Shown here: positions 62,831-64,000 of the stretch, in pieces
How positions within the stretch are numbered: position 1 is the first letter of the stretch
Layout of the letters: every line of letters begins with the position of its first letter
From: Nitrospirota bacterium
GTDB lineage: Bacteria > Nitrospirota > UBA9217
NCBI GenBank assembly: GCA_963754875.1
Contig: CAVWHO010000022.1
Location: 1 to 64,000 of the forward strand
Direction: 5' to 3'
DNA length: 64,000 bases
Notes under the pieces: model-generated
Told to the model about the DNA's origin: nothing
Seen by the model: only the letters and a program-made list of their open reading frames with translations
Database searches by the model: none
Translations under genes and position numbers: made by a program

Positions 62831-63352
62831 TCAGTGCCCGACATTTCCTGGCTTATTTTTTTCCTGACAGCACGGATCCGGATCCCCGCAGCACGTATCC
62901 TTGCGTTCACACGCCCCCCACTGACCGTTGCTGCAAGTTTGGCTTCCGGGACAGCCGTCACTCGACTCGCACGCCTGCGTAGATCCATCAGAGTCGCAAC
63001 ATACCCATTTATATTCATAGATCCAGTCTTGACATTCACAAGCGTACGCTCCTTCGGAGAAACACCCGCCCCCCACGCATTGCCAATGTACATCGTGATC
63101 ATTTTTAGAATTACCCGCGGATGTGGTTGTTTTTCCTGCAGTGCAACAAGAGGCCGCGGGAGAGTTAGTATTGCAGGGGTTCATAGAACATATTACCGTA
63201 TAAGAAGGTGTGCCAATTAGCTTCCAGTACCCGCCCGCGCAGAGTAAATCATCACCCCGAGCGGGATATGCAGCGCCGAGAATAATAAAAAACGTGAGCA
63301 GCAACTGCGTTACCCTTCTCCTAAAAGATCGCCTTCCGAAAATAACACGCAT
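62831..63352 (-). CDS. Secreted Cys-rich hypothetical protein
   Basis: Signal peptide, many Cys, GGAGG upstream. Confidence 0.6.
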   Translation of the reverse strand: MRVIFGRRSFRRRVTQLLLTFFIILGAAYPARGDDLLCAGGYWKLIGTPSYTVICSMNPCNTNSPAASCCTAGKTTTSAGNSKNDHDVHWQCVGGGCFSEGAYACECQDWIYEYKWVCCDSDGSTQACESSDGCPGSQTCSNGQWGACERKDTCCGDPDPCCQEKNKPGNVGH

Positions 63353-63421
63353 GGGGAATCACTGCCTCCTTTTTCGATGTTTCATCAAGTCTCTTAATAA
63401 TTATCTTTACCTTTAGAATTA

Positions 63422-63497
63422 GTCATCCCCGAATGATTTTATCGGGTGAGCAGTAGCTTTTCGGATGATTTCTGGATTCCCGCTTTTGCGGAATGAC
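63422..63497. repeat. REP-like miniature inverted-repeat element
   Basis: GTCATCCCCG...TCGGG and CTGGATTCCCGCTTTTGCGGAATGAC; GTCAT/ATGAC termini. Confidence 0.6.
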
Positions 63498-63584
63498 GCT
63501 AATGCACGGCAATATCCATACTATTTTGAGACCATTAGTCGTTCTCTATTGAATCTTCGGTCAAGGCAAATGAAAGCCCAGAAC

Positions 63585-64000
63585 TTATTGTTCAATATTC
63601 ACGAAGCCGTATGTTGACGATCCTTGGCCTGTGACAGGGTTCACTGCTTGGATTTTGATTGCATACGGGCCTTCTTCCTGCACGAGAAATTGCTTGTCCG
63701 TCGCGTCGGATGCATTAAGAGCAGTCCATTCTATTGTGTGTGATCCGGCGCTTTGAGACTGGTTGCTCACGACAGTCACCACCGCACCTGACGGTGAAGT
63801 GACAGTAATGGTCACGTTGGCATCCCGCGAGAGCGAATACTCGATTCTCGTGAACTGGCCGTAGGAAAGACTCACCTGATTCGGATCGGTCTTTACCGAA
63901 CTGATAACAGGGGTATTCCCCGACGTGATGATATAGTTTTCGCGAAGAAGCGAAGCAACAGAGCATTGAGCGGTTCCCGATATGACAACATTTCCGGCAC
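63585..64000 (-). CDS. FlgD-like Ig-domain protein, 3' part (start outside window)
   Basis: Frame open to the window edge; TRIEYSLSRDANVTITV...AGSHTIEW...GPYAIKIQA. Confidence 0.7.
   Translation of the reverse strand, partial: AGNVVISGTAQCSVASLLRENYIITSGNTPVISSVKTDPNQVSLSYGQFTRIEYSLSRDANVTITVTSPSGAVVTVVSNQSQSAGSHTIEWTALNASDATDKQFLVQEEGPYAIKIQAVNPVTGQGSSTYGFVNIEQ

Overview
Bacterial chromosomal window in two parts. (1) 1-33.4 kb is a GC-rich backbone whose gene content suggests an anaerobic Nitrospirota/Desulfobacterota-like organism (inference). It holds a chemotaxis cluster (two MCPs, cheW, an ExeA-like ATPase, cheA, cheY, a DUF4388-GAF protein), yajQ, lolA, recQ, a Cdh-like gene, ftsK, glgP, rnj, comM and an SH3/NlpC-P60/DUF1460 protein. 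It also has a DsbA/FrnE-like selenoprotein (UGA plus SECIS-like hairpin) that the ORF track truncates, and a group II intron inserted in an integron attC site. Several conserved genes carry 1-bp frameshifts, most likely long-read consensus errors. (2) 33.5-64 kb is a lower-GC accessory region. It starts with an operon of two giant (~870 aa) tyrosine recombinases, followed by an Rhs polymorphic-toxin locus. One full-length, signal-peptide-bearing Rhs gene is followed by four orphan toxin-tip/immunity cassettes and one empty stub. All five begin at the same base of the HTDHL motif, at an invariant palindromic site (TGATC-TGTGTG-GATCA) joined to a ~140-180 bp repeat; three of the repeats carry an outward sigma70-like promoter. 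A toprim/ATPase plus twin Xer-like recombinase element sits next to one repeat, and XRE-regulator remnants sit next to others. The main hypothesis is an integrative element that swaps Rhs toxin tips by site-specific recombination, like an integron for toxin tips. No rRNA, tRNA or CRISPR array was recognised.
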